A stretch of 36,146 nt of DNA from Candidatus Pacearchaeota archaeon (lineage in GTDB: Archaea; Nanobdellota; Nanobdellia; Pacearchaeales; GW2011-AR1), in the NCBI GenBank assembly GCA_018303825.1, contig JAGVXK010000010.1:1-36146 (forward strand), written 5' to 3'. Below, one piece after another: positions 1-9,297 of this stretch. The notes beneath the pieces were generated by a model. That model was not told the origin of the DNA. It saw only the letters and a program-made list of their open reading frames with translations, and did not search any database. Position 1 is the stretch's first letter; every line of letters starts with the position of its first letter. Position numbers and translations under genes: made by a program.

Positions 1-34
1 ATTAAATATATATTCTATCGATGATTAATATTAA

Positions 35-1021
35 TTATAACCCGTTGTGATTCAATAGTTTAAGCCACCAGGTGACATTTCTCTTATACCATTCAATTGC
101 CTTGTCAATTCCCTGCTCAAATCCTGTTTCCTGCTTCCATCCAAGAGAATTAATTTTGCTTAAGTCAAGGCTGTATCTTCTGTCATTGAACGGCCTGTCA
201 GGCACATGTAAAATATAATCCTCTGTTTTCCCGAGCTTATTTATCAGCATTTTTGTCAGTTCAAGGTTGCTTATTTCATCATGAGTTCCAATGTTATAAA
301 TTTCTCCTATTTCTCCTTTGTTGAAAACTGCATCCAATGCAGTTGAGACATCATCAACATAAATATATGTTCTGATATTTTTCCCTTCTCCATGCAAAGG
401 AACTTTTCTATCCAAGATGAGATTGCATATAAACCTTGAAATAATTTTTTCAGGATACTGATGAGGACCATAAACATTATTTCCTCTTGTTATGATAATT
501 GGAAGCTTATAAGTCGTGTAATATCCCCTTACTATCATTTCTGCTGCAGCCTTAGAAGCAGAATAAGGGTTGTTTGGAACCAGTTTTGCATCTTCTTTGA
601 AGCTTCCTTCTGTAATATCTCCATAAACCTCATCAGTGCTGACATGAATGAATCTTTTTATCTTGTTCAAATGAGCTGCTTTGTTCAAATGAGCTGCTTC
701 CATCAAGACATGAGTTCCATAAGCATTTGTCTTTGTGAATTCAAGAGAATTGCCAATAGAATTATCAACATGGCTCTCAGCAGCGAGATGAAAGACAACA
801 TCAGTATCTTTCAAAATATAGGTCAGGAAATTCAAGTCACATACATCTCCTCTTACAAATTTATAATTTTGTTTGTCCCTGATTTCCAGGATATTTTCCA
901 GATTTCCAGCATATGTCAGCTTATCAAAAACAGTAAATTCATGTTCAGGATATTTTTTTACCATATATCTTGCAAAATTGCTTCCTATAAATCCCGCACC
1001 ACCTGTAATGAGCATCTTCAT
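35..1021 (-). CDS. rfbB: dTDP-glucose 4,6-dehydratase (RmlB/RfbB)
   Basis: GGAGFIG Rossmann motif, DKLTYAGN, HLAAESHVDNS, STDEVYG, YSASK (YxxxK). GAGGTGA Shine-Dalgarno-like motif at 1026-1032. Confidence 0.92.
   Translation of the reverse strand: MKMLITGGAGFIGSNFARYMVKKYPEHEFTVFDKLTYAGNLENILEIRDKQNYKFVRGDVCDLNFLTYILKDTDVVFHLAAESHVDNSIGNSLEFTKTNAYGTHVLMEAAHLNKAAHLNKIKRFIHVSTDEVYGDITEGSFKEDAKLVPNNPYSASKAAAEMIVRGYYTTYKLPIIITRGNNVYGPHQYPEKIISRFICNLILDRKVPLHGEGKNIRTYIYVDDVSTALDAVFNKGEIGEIYNIGTHDEISNLELTKMLINKLGKTEDYILHVPDRPFNDRRYSLDLSKINSLGWKQETGFEQGIDKAIEWYKRNVTWWLKLLNHNGL
663..698. repeat. Perfect 18-bp tandem duplication inside rfbB
   Basis: ttgttcaaatgagctgct occurs at 663-680 and 681-698, giving AAHLNK-AAHLNK in the protein. 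Confidence 0.95.
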
Positions 1022-1929
1022 TTTTTCACCTCTAATTCTTCCAATCCTTCTTTCATTTTTATTAATCCTTCCCTTAATTTAATCTTGCTTATATCTAGAT
1101 AAAAACTGAAATCATCTCTTGCAACTCCTTCCACTTGTATTTCTTGATTATATTTAAAAACATCCTTAACTTTTCTTGCTATGTCAATCATCTTTATTCC
1201 ATCTCCGCTTCCGACATTGAATGCTTCACCATAATGGCTTTTTTCCGGAATTAAAAGAAGCAAGGCGTCAATAAAATCATCAACATAAAGCACATCTTTA
1301 AGCCTGTTAACATCTCCATTTATTTGCATTTTTCCAAACAAAGCAGAATAAACTAATCCATTAACTAACCCCTTTCTATTAACAAGATTTTCAGAAGGTC
1401 CGTACAGGTTTGCAACTCTTAAACAGATAGTTTTCAATCCTCCCTTTTCATTAAACAGTCGATAATGGTTTTCCGAAAGAACTCTTTCCAATCCATAAGC
1501 CGTTGTTGGCTTCATTTCAGCATCTTCGTTTATTGGCAATTCAGACTCTAGAGAGTATTGCAATCTTGAGCCAACATGCACCAAAATAGGATTGATTTTT
1601 TCCTTAACGCAGAAATTAAGGATGTCAAAATTTAATGTACTGAGAGCATGCTGCCTTGTCACATCTTGCCTGCTTGGAGATATCAAATTAAAAACAATAT
1701 CTGCATTTCTTAAATAGGGTCCTAATTTTATAAAATCTTCGAATGGGTCAAAATAATCTACATCCAGATGCTGATATGCATCCTGTTCATCTTTTCTTGC
1801 CCTGCTGACAACGCTTGGCTTTGCATGAAGCCAAAATAATCTTTTAAGAAGGTTTTCCCCGATAAAACCGAAGCCCCCGAGAAGGAGCACTTTCTTCTCA
1901 TGATAGAATTCCGTATCTATTTTAGTCAT
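1018..1929 (-). CDS. NAD-dependent epimerase/dehydratase (extended SDR)
   Basis: GGFGFIG, LRVANLYGP, LYVDDFIDA. The catalytic motif reads YGLER instead of YxxxK. Stop overlaps the rfbB start (ATGA). Confidence 0.82.
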   Translation of the reverse strand: MTKIDTEFYHEKKVLLLGGFGFIGENLLKRLFWLHAKPSVVSRARKDEQDAYQHLDVDYFDPFEDFIKLGPYLRNADIVFNLISPSRQDVTRQHALSTLNFDILNFCVKEKINPILVHVGSRLQYSLESELPINEDAEMKPTTAYGLERVLSENHYRLFNEKGGLKTICLRVANLYGPSENLVNRKGLVNGLVYSALFGKMQINGDVNRLKDVLYVDDFIDALLLLIPEKSHYGEAFNVGSGDGIKMIDIARKVKDVFKYNQEIQVEGVARDDFSFYLDISKIKLREGLIKMKEGLEELEVKK

Positions 1930-1949
1930 TTCTTCCCAAATAAAATCCA

Positions 1950-1959
1950 GTTTATAAAC
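1950..1959. promoter_or_regulatory. Palindromic TATA box (GTTTATAAAC) in the divergent intergenic region
   Basis: Perfect 10-bp palindrome 21-30 nt upstream of the ATG at 1929, the spacing expected for a leaderless archaeal transcript. Confidence 0.55.
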
Positions 1960-2044
1960 ATTATATACTCTTCATAATATATCTTAAAATCAGGCAATCT
2001 TTCAAATAAATAGATTTATTAAAACCCCTTTTCATCCAAAGATT

Positions 2045-3028
2045 ATGGAGATAGGCATGCAATTAATGGATTCCTGGATTGCCTTATTGAAGGAATCAAA
2101 AGGGAGTGTTTATCAAAGCCCCGAATGGGCAAAATCCCTTGAAATGGATGGCAAGAAGCCTACACTGATAGTAATAGAAGAATCTGGTCAGTTAAAAGCA
2201 AGCCTCCTTGCATTCGAACAGGAAATAATAACTCCTCTTGGAAAGAAAAAAATCTTATTCTCTGAGGGTACTCCACTGTTCAAAGACGAGCAGTCAGGCT
2301 TGGAAATCCTCTCCAAATTCAGGCAGGAAAGCAAAAAATACTTTTATGGGCTTATCCGTCCTACAGTTATTAACCAAAAAAAAGACATTTTTGAAAAAGC
2401 AGGGTATAAAACAGTCTCAGACAGCACAATCCTTGTTTCTCTGGAGAAAGATAAGGAATTTTTGTGGAATTCTCTTGAGAAGAAGTCTGCAAGATGGGGT
2501 GTCAAGACAGCTGAGAAAAACAATCTAGAATTTCAGGAGCTAAAAACAGAAAGCGAAATAAGTGAATTCTATAAATTATACAAGAAAACCGCTCACGATG
2601 GTGGTTTCAAGGAAAAGTCTCCGGATTTCTTGAAAGAATTGACAAAGTCAAGGGAAAGAGCAAGATTATTTTTGATAAAAAAAGAAAATAAAATAATCGC
2701 AGGTGGAATTATCTTAATAGATAATGATTATACAATACTTAATTTGACAGCGGCGAGCGATGAAGGCTATAAACTGCAGGCAATGCCTTTTCTTTACTGG
2801 AATCTGATTCTTTTCTCGAAATCTCTTGGTAAGGCTTACTTTGACTTGGGTGGTTATGACAAAAATGCAAAGCAAGGGGAAAAAATATACAACATAAATA
2901 AATTCAAAGAAAACTTCGGGGGAGATATTGTAGAACAGCCACATTGCTCAACCAATTCAAAATATACATTAATACGAAGCCTGATGAAAAGGTTTAAGAT
3001 AATTAAAAGGTTTTACAAGAAGAAGTAA
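2045..3028 (+). CDS. FemAB/FemABX-like GNAT-fold protein (peptidoglycan-bridge glycyltransferase-like)
   Basis: N-terminal YQSPEWA, RWGVKTAEKNNLEF, LLYW-like FLYWNLI, YFDLGG and INKFKENFGG C-terminal signature typical of the FemAB/BioF2-like families. Confidence 0.75.
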   Translation: MEIGMQLMDSWIALLKESKGSVYQSPEWAKSLEMDGKKPTLIVIEESGQLKASLLAFEQEIITPLGKKKILFSEGTPLFKDEQSGLEILSKFRQESKKYFYGLIRPTVINQKKDIFEKAGYKTVSDSTILVSLEKDKEFLWNSLEKKSARWGVKTAEKNNLEFQELKTESEISEFYKLYKKTAHDGGFKEKSPDFLKELTKSRERARLFLIKKENKIIAGGIILIDNDYTILNLTAASDEGYKLQAMPFLYWNLILFSKSLGKAYFDLGGYDKNAKQGEKIYNINKFKENFGGDIVEQPHCSTNSKYTLIRSLMKRFKIIKRFYKKK

Positions 3029-3126
3029 AGTAAATAAAAATTAAAGAACAAAACTAATAATAAAATAAATAGAAAAGATATAAATTAAATAAACAACAAG
3101 ATAATAAAATCAATCAAAAATATAAA

Positions 3127-4191
3127 ATGAAAAATAAAATCGCTAATAAGAATCCGAGAGTTCTGATGATTGGACTTACTGTTCCAGAGGAAGGAGGCAG
3201 CGAGAGGCATATTTATGAAATCTCCTCAAGAATGTCAAACTGCACTGTTCTCACTCAAAAAGGCTCTTTATGCAAGAACAAAATAGAAATTCCAGTCATA
3301 AGAAAATCCTTATTTTTAAGAAATATTTCTTTTGCATTGATGTGCTATCTTTACATGTTTAAACTCCTTCTTTTCAAGAAAGAATTTGATGTGATTCATA
3401 TTCATGAGAATCTTCTTTATTTTCTTGCTCCGATTTTAGGAATAAGATATGAAACTGTCATCACAGTGCATGGATTCCAGGGATTCAAGTTCCATGATAG
3501 GAAATATCTCTGGTTTTTCTTTAAGTGGGCATTATTGAGAGCAGATAAAATAATAACTCACGGATTTTATGAAACGCAATTGCTTAAAAAATTGCATAAT
3601 GATGTCAATAACATTCCAGATGGTGTTGACTTGGACATATACAAGAGAATAACTCCTAAAATAGAGAAAAAAATCTCCTTTGTAGGAAGAGTCCACGAAC
3701 AAAAAGGAATAATTTATCTTCTTGATGCTTTTGAGATTGTTTCAAGGAGATTTCCAGATTACAAGTTTGAGATAATAGCAAAGAAAAATGATTTCCAGAG
3801 AGAATTGGCAAGGAAACACACTAACAAAAGGATAATTTGGAGGGGATTCATCTTAGATAGGAGGCAATTGTTCAAAGAAATAGCTTCCTCTGAGATTCTT
3901 ATCTATCCCTCTCTATGGGAAGCAGTTCCTTGGCCAGCCCTGTTAGAGGGCCTTGCTTCAGGAAGGCCTGTTATTGCCTCTGTCATTTACGGCCTTGACA
4001 GATACTTCAAAAACAACAAAGAAATTCTTTTTGTTAAGCCAAAAAACTCGAATGAGATAGCAAATTCAGTAATCAAGCTCATAAAGAACAAAAAACTGGC
4101 AAGTAAAATAGGAAAAAACGCCAAAAAAACCCTTGAAGGATATGGCTTGGATGTTGCCGCCAGAAAGATTTATAATTATTATTCTTCTTAG
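3127..4191 (+). CDS. Glycosyltransferase family 4
   Basis: GGSERH, FVGRVHEQKG, EAVPWPALLEGLASGRPVIAS (GT-B C-terminal motif). Confidence 0.88.
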   Translation: MKNKIANKNPRVLMIGLTVPEEGGSERHIYEISSRMSNCTVLTQKGSLCKNKIEIPVIRKSLFLRNISFALMCYLYMFKLLLFKKEFDVIHIHENLLYFLAPILGIRYETVITVHGFQGFKFHDRKYLWFFFKWALLRADKIITHGFYETQLLKKLHNDVNNIPDGVDLDIYKRITPKIEKKISFVGRVHEQKGIIYLLDAFEIVSRRFPDYKFEIIAKKNDFQRELARKHTNKRIIWRGFILDRRQLFKEIASSEILIYPSLWEAVPWPALLEGLASGRPVIASVIYGLDRYFKNNKEILFVKPKNSNEIANSVIKLIKNKKLASKIGKNAKKTLEGYGLDVAARKIYNYYSS

Positions 4192-4197
4192 ACTTGA

Positions 4198-4938
4198 ATG
4201 AAATTCTGCTTTACAATTGATACAGAAAAAGATTACAAGACTGGAAGCTATGAATCTCTTGTTTCTGGATTCAGGAAGCTACAGCCCATATTGGCGAAGC
4301 ATCATATAAGACCCACTTTGTTTGTTACCTGCGATTGCATAGAAAAATATCCCAAACTATTCAATGAATTCAAGAAGAGGGGGTGGGAAATCTCCCTTCA
4401 TGGCTACAGGCATCTAAGATTTGACGAAATGAACAAGAAGCAGAAGGAGGAAAATCTTAATAAGGCGATAAAGTGCTTTAAAAAATACCTTAAAACTTCT
4501 CCAATAGGATTAAGAGCTCCGCAATTCTCTTCAGATTATGAATTAATTCTTCTTGCAAACAAGAAAGGCTTTTCCTATGACTCATCGATAGTCCAATTTC
4601 CCCCATCACAGTTTATTTTCTTCAGAAGCAAGCTTCCCTTATTTCTAAAACAGATGAAATTTAAGAGTTTGATAAAAAAGAACAACTTAAAGATTAAGGA
4701 AATTCCCTCCTCCTCATTCATCCTTCCAATAAGTGTCTTTAGTTTGAGAAAATTGCCTTTCTTCATATTCAGAATTCTTGCCAGGCTCTCAATTATGATA
4801 AGAAAAGACTCCTCTCTTGTCTTCCTTTCCCACAGCTATGAGTTTAATGATAAAGTAATAGCAAAAATAGACAAGTTTCTTAATCTATATAAAGACTCAT
4901 TCTTCATAACAATGAGCGAGCTTTCAAAACTCCAATAA
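4198..4938 (+). CDS. Polysaccharide deacetylase (NodB/CE4-like)
   Basis: TIDTE, TLFVT, EISLHGYRH, GLRAPQF, YDSS motifs. Confidence 0.85.
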   Translation: MKFCFTIDTEKDYKTGSYESLVSGFRKLQPILAKHHIRPTLFVTCDCIEKYPKLFNEFKKRGWEISLHGYRHLRFDEMNKKQKEENLNKAIKCFKKYLKTSPIGLRAPQFSSDYELILLANKKGFSYDSSIVQFPPSQFIFFRSKLPLFLKQMKFKSLIKKNNLKIKEIPSSSFILPISVFSLRKLPFFIFRILARLSIMIRKDSSLVFLSHSYEFNDKVIAKIDKFLNLYKDSFFITMSELSKLQ

Positions 4939-4982
4939 AAAACATAAATAAAATAAAAATAGAATAAAGTTAAAGACATAGG

Positions 4983-6200
4983 ATGATAAAACAAAATATT
5001 AAGACAAACATGAAAAAAATTAAAAATAAAAATCAAAAGAAAATCCTGTTCACTTGCACATATTCCTCTGGAATTTCAGGAGTTTGGAACAGAGTTTATA
5101 ATGTTTCCAGAGAATTAATAAAAAGAAGCTGGGAAGTTTATGTTTTTTCCTCTAATCTTGAGGCAGGAACACTAAAAGAAGTAAAAAGTGAAGAAATAGT
5201 CGATGGTATTCATTGCTTCAGATTCAAAGTTAAATCAAGGTTTGGAAGTAAAAATGCTTATGGCTATAATTCGAACGAATTAAACAGAGCATTTGATAAA
5301 ATAAATCCTAACATAGTTGACTGTCAGACTTTTAGGCACCTAGAGGGTAATGTTGTTGCAAAGAGATGCGCAGAACTGAAGATTCCCTGCTTTCTCACTA
5401 CCCATGCCTCATTTGTAAACGTAAAAGTTCGGGGCCTCTGGCTTTCTACACTAACAAACATGTATGATGTCCTTTTTGCGAGGGCTCAATTAAGAAGATT
5501 CAAAAAAATAATAGCTATAACAAAATGGGAATATCCTTATCTGCACAAACTGGGAATAGAAAACAATAAGATTGAATATGTTCCGAATGGAATACCAAAG
5601 GAATTTTTCATAAAAAAACAAAGAATCACAAAAGCAAAAGGAAAAGTGAAAAAAATACTTTTTTTTGGAAGGATAGCTCCTGTAAAAGACATCGAAACCC
5701 TAATAAAAGCCTTTTCAGTCATCCAAAAAAACAGAGAATCAGGAGATTACAGGGACATTAAGCTAGATATTATAGGTCCCTCGGAAATATCTTACAAAAA
5801 CAAACTCTTAAAGTTAATCAATGAATTAAAAGTCAAGAATATTTCATTTAAAGGTGCGGTATACAAAGTAAATGATAAAGTAAAAACTTATCAAAGTGCG
5901 GGTATATTTGTCCTGCCTTCAAAAAGAGAAGGGATGCCTCAATCACTTATAGAATCCATGTCATCTGGAAATATTGTCATCGCTTCAGATATTATAGCAT
6001 GCAAAGAGCTTGTTAGAAACGGAGAAAATGGATTTTTGTTTGAGCAGGGCGATGCATCAGACCTTGCTAATAAAATTGAATACATAATAAAAAATTACAG
6101 AAAGCTCAATGAAATATCTAAGAGTGCAATCTCATTTTCTTCCAATTTTAAATGGGATAAAATAGTGGACAAACTTGAAAATCTGTATATAAATGCTTAA
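4983..6200 (+). CDS. Glycosyltransferase family 4 (true start may be a downstream ATG)
   Basis: FFGRIAPVKD, FVLPSKREGMPQSLIESMSSG, VRNGENGFL. Confidence 0.9.
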   Translation: MIKQNIKTNMKKIKNKNQKKILFTCTYSSGISGVWNRVYNVSRELIKRSWEVYVFSSNLEAGTLKEVKSEEIVDGIHCFRFKVKSRFGSKNAYGYNSNELNRAFDKINPNIVDCQTFRHLEGNVVAKRCAELKIPCFLTTHASFVNVKVRGLWLSTLTNMYDVLFARAQLRRFKKIIAITKWEYPYLHKLGIENNKIEYVPNGIPKEFFIKKQRITKAKGKVKKILFFGRIAPVKDIETLIKAFSVIQKNRESGDYRDIKLDIIGPSEISYKNKLLKLINELKVKNISFKGAVYKVNDKVKTYQSAGIFVLPSKREGMPQSLIESMSSGNIVIASDIIACKELVRNGENGFLFEQGDASDLANKIEYIIKNYRKLNEISKSAISFSSNFKWDKIVDKLENLYINA

Positions 6201-6224
6201 ATAAGAACCATTTTCCAGTCTAAT

Positions 6225-7577
6225 ATGAGGATATCTATATTCGGACTTGGTTATGTGGGAATTGTAAGTGCTGCCTGCCTTTCTCATCTTGGACACACCA
6301 TTATTGGAGTTGATATCGCCAAATATAAAGTTGATTTAATAAACAAAGGAATTTTGCCGATTAAAGAGAAAAATCTTGACAAATTAATCTCTAAAGCTAT
6401 GAGGGAAAAGCTCTTGAAGGCCACAACAAGCACAAAAGATGCAATTCTAAGCTCAGATATTTCATTTATATGCGTTGGCACACCCCCAAAAAGAAATGGT
6501 GACTTAGATCTTTCAGCACTTGAATCAGTTTGCGGGGAAATTGGCTCAGCTTTAAGGGCAAAGGGAAGCAAAGAAGGAAGATTAAATCATATCATTGTAA
6601 TAAGAAGCACGATGTTTCCCGGTTCTTTAAGTATTCTAAAAAATATTCTTGAGAAATCTTCTGGAAAAAAAGAAGGCCTAGATTTTTATCTTGCAACAAA
6701 CCCAGAATTTCTTCGAGAAGGCTCAGCAATAAAAGATTTCTTCAAAGCACCATATATTGTTGTTGGCTCTGAAAATAAGGAAGTGGGAAAAAAAGTTTTT
6801 TCGATTTACTCTGGAATCCATACAAAGAAATTTATAGTAAAGCCAGAAATAGCTCAGATGATAAAATATGCAAGCAACTCATTCCATGCATTAAAAGTTA
6901 CTTTTGCAAATGAAATAGGCTCTGTATGCAAAGAACTTGGAATCGATGGGAAAAAACTCATGGGATTATTCTGCGAGGATAATCAGTTGAACATTTCAAG
7001 CTATTACCTCAAGCCCGGATTTGCCTATGGAGGAAGTTGCCTTCCAAAAGACCTTGCAGCATTGAAAAATAATGCAAATAATTTAAAGTTAAACACTCCA
7101 TTGCTGGATTCTATATCCTTAAGCAATTTAGAGCACATAAAAAGAGGCATAAGCCTTATAGAATCAAAAAAGAAAAAGAAAATAGGTATTTTAGGAATTA
7201 CTTTTAAGGCAGACACAGATGATATAAGAGGAAATCCTATTCTTTATATCATAAACACTCTGTTAAATAAAGATTATAAAATAAAAATCTTTGATCCCTT
7301 AATAAGTGATTTAAATCTAAAGAATATTTCAAATAGTTATAGAAAGGAAGTTTATGACCTTGTCTGCAGGGAAAATCTCAAGGATAAGATTGTTGATATC
7401 AGCAATCTCTTCTCAGATATAGATTCTGTACTTAAACAAGACATCATAATCGTTTCAAACCAGGACAAGTCTCTCAAGAAATACTTAATCAATTTAAATG
7501 AAAATCAATCAATTATCGATTTGCAGGGAATTTTTATAAAAGAAAAGTTCAAGTCAAAGTATATCTCTCTTAATTAA
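6225..7577 (+). CDS. algD: Nucleotide-sugar dehydrogenase, GDP-mannose 6-dehydrogenase (AlgD)-like
   Basis: MRISIFGLGYVG, FICVGTP..NGDLDL, NPEFLRE, KVTFANEIG, LNISSYYLKPGFAYGGSCLPKD and FKADTDDIR follow the Pseudomonas AlgD pattern as recalled. Donor specificity is not proven. Confidence 0.75.
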   Translation: MRISIFGLGYVGIVSAACLSHLGHTIIGVDIAKYKVDLINKGILPIKEKNLDKLISKAMREKLLKATTSTKDAILSSDISFICVGTPPKRNGDLDLSALESVCGEIGSALRAKGSKEGRLNHIIVIRSTMFPGSLSILKNILEKSSGKKEGLDFYLATNPEFLREGSAIKDFFKAPYIVVGSENKEVGKKVFSIYSGIHTKKFIVKPEIAQMIKYASNSFHALKVTFANEIGSVCKELGIDGKKLMGLFCEDNQLNISSYYLKPGFAYGGSCLPKDLAALKNNANNLKLNTPLLDSISLSNLEHIKRGISLIESKKKKKIGILGITFKADTDDIRGNPILYIINTLLNKDYKIKIFDPLISDLNLKNISNSYRKEVYDLVCRENLKDKIVDISNLFSDIDSVLKQDIIIVSNQDKSLKKYLINLNENQSIIDLQGIFIKEKFKSKYISLN

Positions 7578-7607
7578 CTTAATAAACCTGAAATCCTAGA
7601 AACAAAG

Positions 7608-8474
7608 ATGATAACCTTGGGTATTCCAACCTTTAATGAAGAAAGAGTAATTGCAAATGCAATAAAATCAGCTCTTTCACAGCTGTCGAAGAAGGATGAA
7701 TTGATTGTAGTTGCTTCAGGCTGCACTGATAATACTGTCCCCGAAATAAGAAAATTAATGAAGAAAGACAGAAGGATAGAGCTTATAATTGAAAGCGAAA
7801 GAAAAGGAAAAGCCTCTGCTCTTAACTTAATAATAAAAAATGCAAAAGGCGATATAATTGTCCAGACAGATGGTGATGCCATTTTGGAAAAAAACGCAAT
7901 TCAATATCTTCTTGGCCATTTTGAAAACAAAAAAGTTGGCGCTGTATCTGGAAATCCAATTCCACTCATCCCAAAAAGCAATTTATTTTATGATTGGACT
8001 ATAATGAGCTACAAAAAAAGCGGAGAAATAAGAGAAAGGCAATATCATGAAGGCAATTTTTGGCATCTTTCAGGATATCTTCTTGCCTTTAGGAAAAAAG
8101 CCTTACAAGCTGTTCCATTTGCAAAAGGGGCAGTAGACGCTTGGATGGGAAGGATAGTAAGGGAAAATGGTTATACTCTCGCATATGAGCCAAGAGCAAA
8201 AGTTTATGTCAAAGCTCCCCTCACGATTAGGGATTTTGTAAATCAAAAAGCCAGAGTCAGAGCAGGATATTATCTTCTTCCTAAAGGACCAAGGACAATG
8301 CGCGAAGAAATCTTCTATCTCCCAAAAGAATTATTTAAAGTGCCGGTAGAAAGATGGACTCAATTCATTCTTTCCGGTTTTATATATGCATACAGCTGGT
8401 TTAAAGGATATTATCTTGCCAAGACAAACGCATCATTAAGCAAGATTTGGAAAATACCCTATTCAACAAAATAA
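7608..8474 (+). CDS. Glycosyltransferase family 2
   Basis: IPTFNEE, SGCTDNT, GKASALN, DxD motif (TDGDA). Confidence 0.88.
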   Translation: MITLGIPTFNEERVIANAIKSALSQLSKKDELIVVASGCTDNTVPEIRKLMKKDRRIELIIESERKGKASALNLIIKNAKGDIIVQTDGDAILEKNAIQYLLGHFENKKVGAVSGNPIPLIPKSNLFYDWTIMSYKKSGEIRERQYHEGNFWHLSGYLLAFRKKALQAVPFAKGAVDAWMGRIVRENGYTLAYEPRAKVYVKAPLTIRDFVNQKARVRAGYYLLPKGPRTMREEIFYLPKELFKVPVERWTQFILSGFIYAYSWFKGYYLAKTNASLSKIWKIPYSTK

Positions 8475-8507
8475 AAGCTTTTAAACTAGTTTTGACCAAT
8501 TAAAACA

Positions 8508-9120
8508 ATGAAGTTAAATATAGGTTGCGAAAATGAATACAAAAAAGGATGGGTTAACTTAGATGTCAACAAGGAAGTAAAAGCAGATGTATACTTTGAC
8601 TTGAGCAAATTGCCGGACAAAAAGCTGCCATTTAAGGACAGTCAATTTGATGAAATCCTATGCAGCCATGTGCTTGAGCATGTAGATGATGTTGAGGGCG
8701 TGATGAATGAGATTTATAGGATAGGGGGGGGGAGGATGCAAGATTTACATAGCCGCCCCATATGCCTCAAATCCATTCGGTTTATCCCAATTAGACCACA
8801 AACGGCCCGGATTTAGCTATTTCACTTTTGGAGAATGGTGGTGCAATAAGGGTCTGTATCCTATTTTTAGAACATTAAAGAGAAAAATAATATTTACTAG
8901 GACAAGATTGCTTTTCTTAAACAAAATAATAAATCCCTTGATAAATGCTTCTCCAGAATTTTATGAAAGATTTATGAGTTATTTAATTCCTGCTTCTGAA
9001 ATTTTGTTTATACTCCAAGTTATAAAGGACAAAGATATAATAAACAAAAGGACGGCGGAGATAAAAGAACATGAGGCAGAATATACTATAGACACATACG
9101 AACATATAAAAAACGACTGA
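8508..9120 (+). pseudogene. Class I SAM-dependent methyltransferase (Methyltransf_11-like), frameshifted at a G9 tract
   Basis: LNIGCE...GWVNLD, LPFKDSQFDEILCSHVLEHV...EIYRI in frame 8508. The +1 frame is open from 8734 (GCKIYIAAPY...) to the TGA at 9120. Removing one G gives one 203-aa ORF. Confidence 0.85.
8724..8732 (+). repeat. G9 homopolymer at the frameshift site
   Basis: ata-ggggggggg-aggatgc. It is the longest G/C run I noticed in this AT-rich window. Confidence 0.95.
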
Positions 9121-9297
9121 TTATTACATAAGCTTGTGTTAACTTAAAAGGTGATGACTAATTTTCCCTTCAGTATTTTATGAAATATCTTAAACGAACT
9201 TTAATAGTTTATCGTCGTTATTTTGAGGTTTATCACCAATTAGTTTAACAATACCTTACATAACAACAAATAAAAACCCCATTTATTTAAGTCTATA

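Noticed and set aside
461-1102. 213-aa plus-strand ORF
   Set aside because: Antisense shadow of rfbB with no motifs. The same applies to the many other short antisense ORFs inside well-supported genes.
3029-3126. Extremely A-rich spacer (similar at 4939-4982)
   Set aside because: No repeat unit, ORF or fold found; compatible with ordinary low-GC intergenic drift.
8908-9120. Separate 70-aa gene
   Set aside because: It is the 3' part of the frameshifted methyltransferase; the frame is open from 8734.
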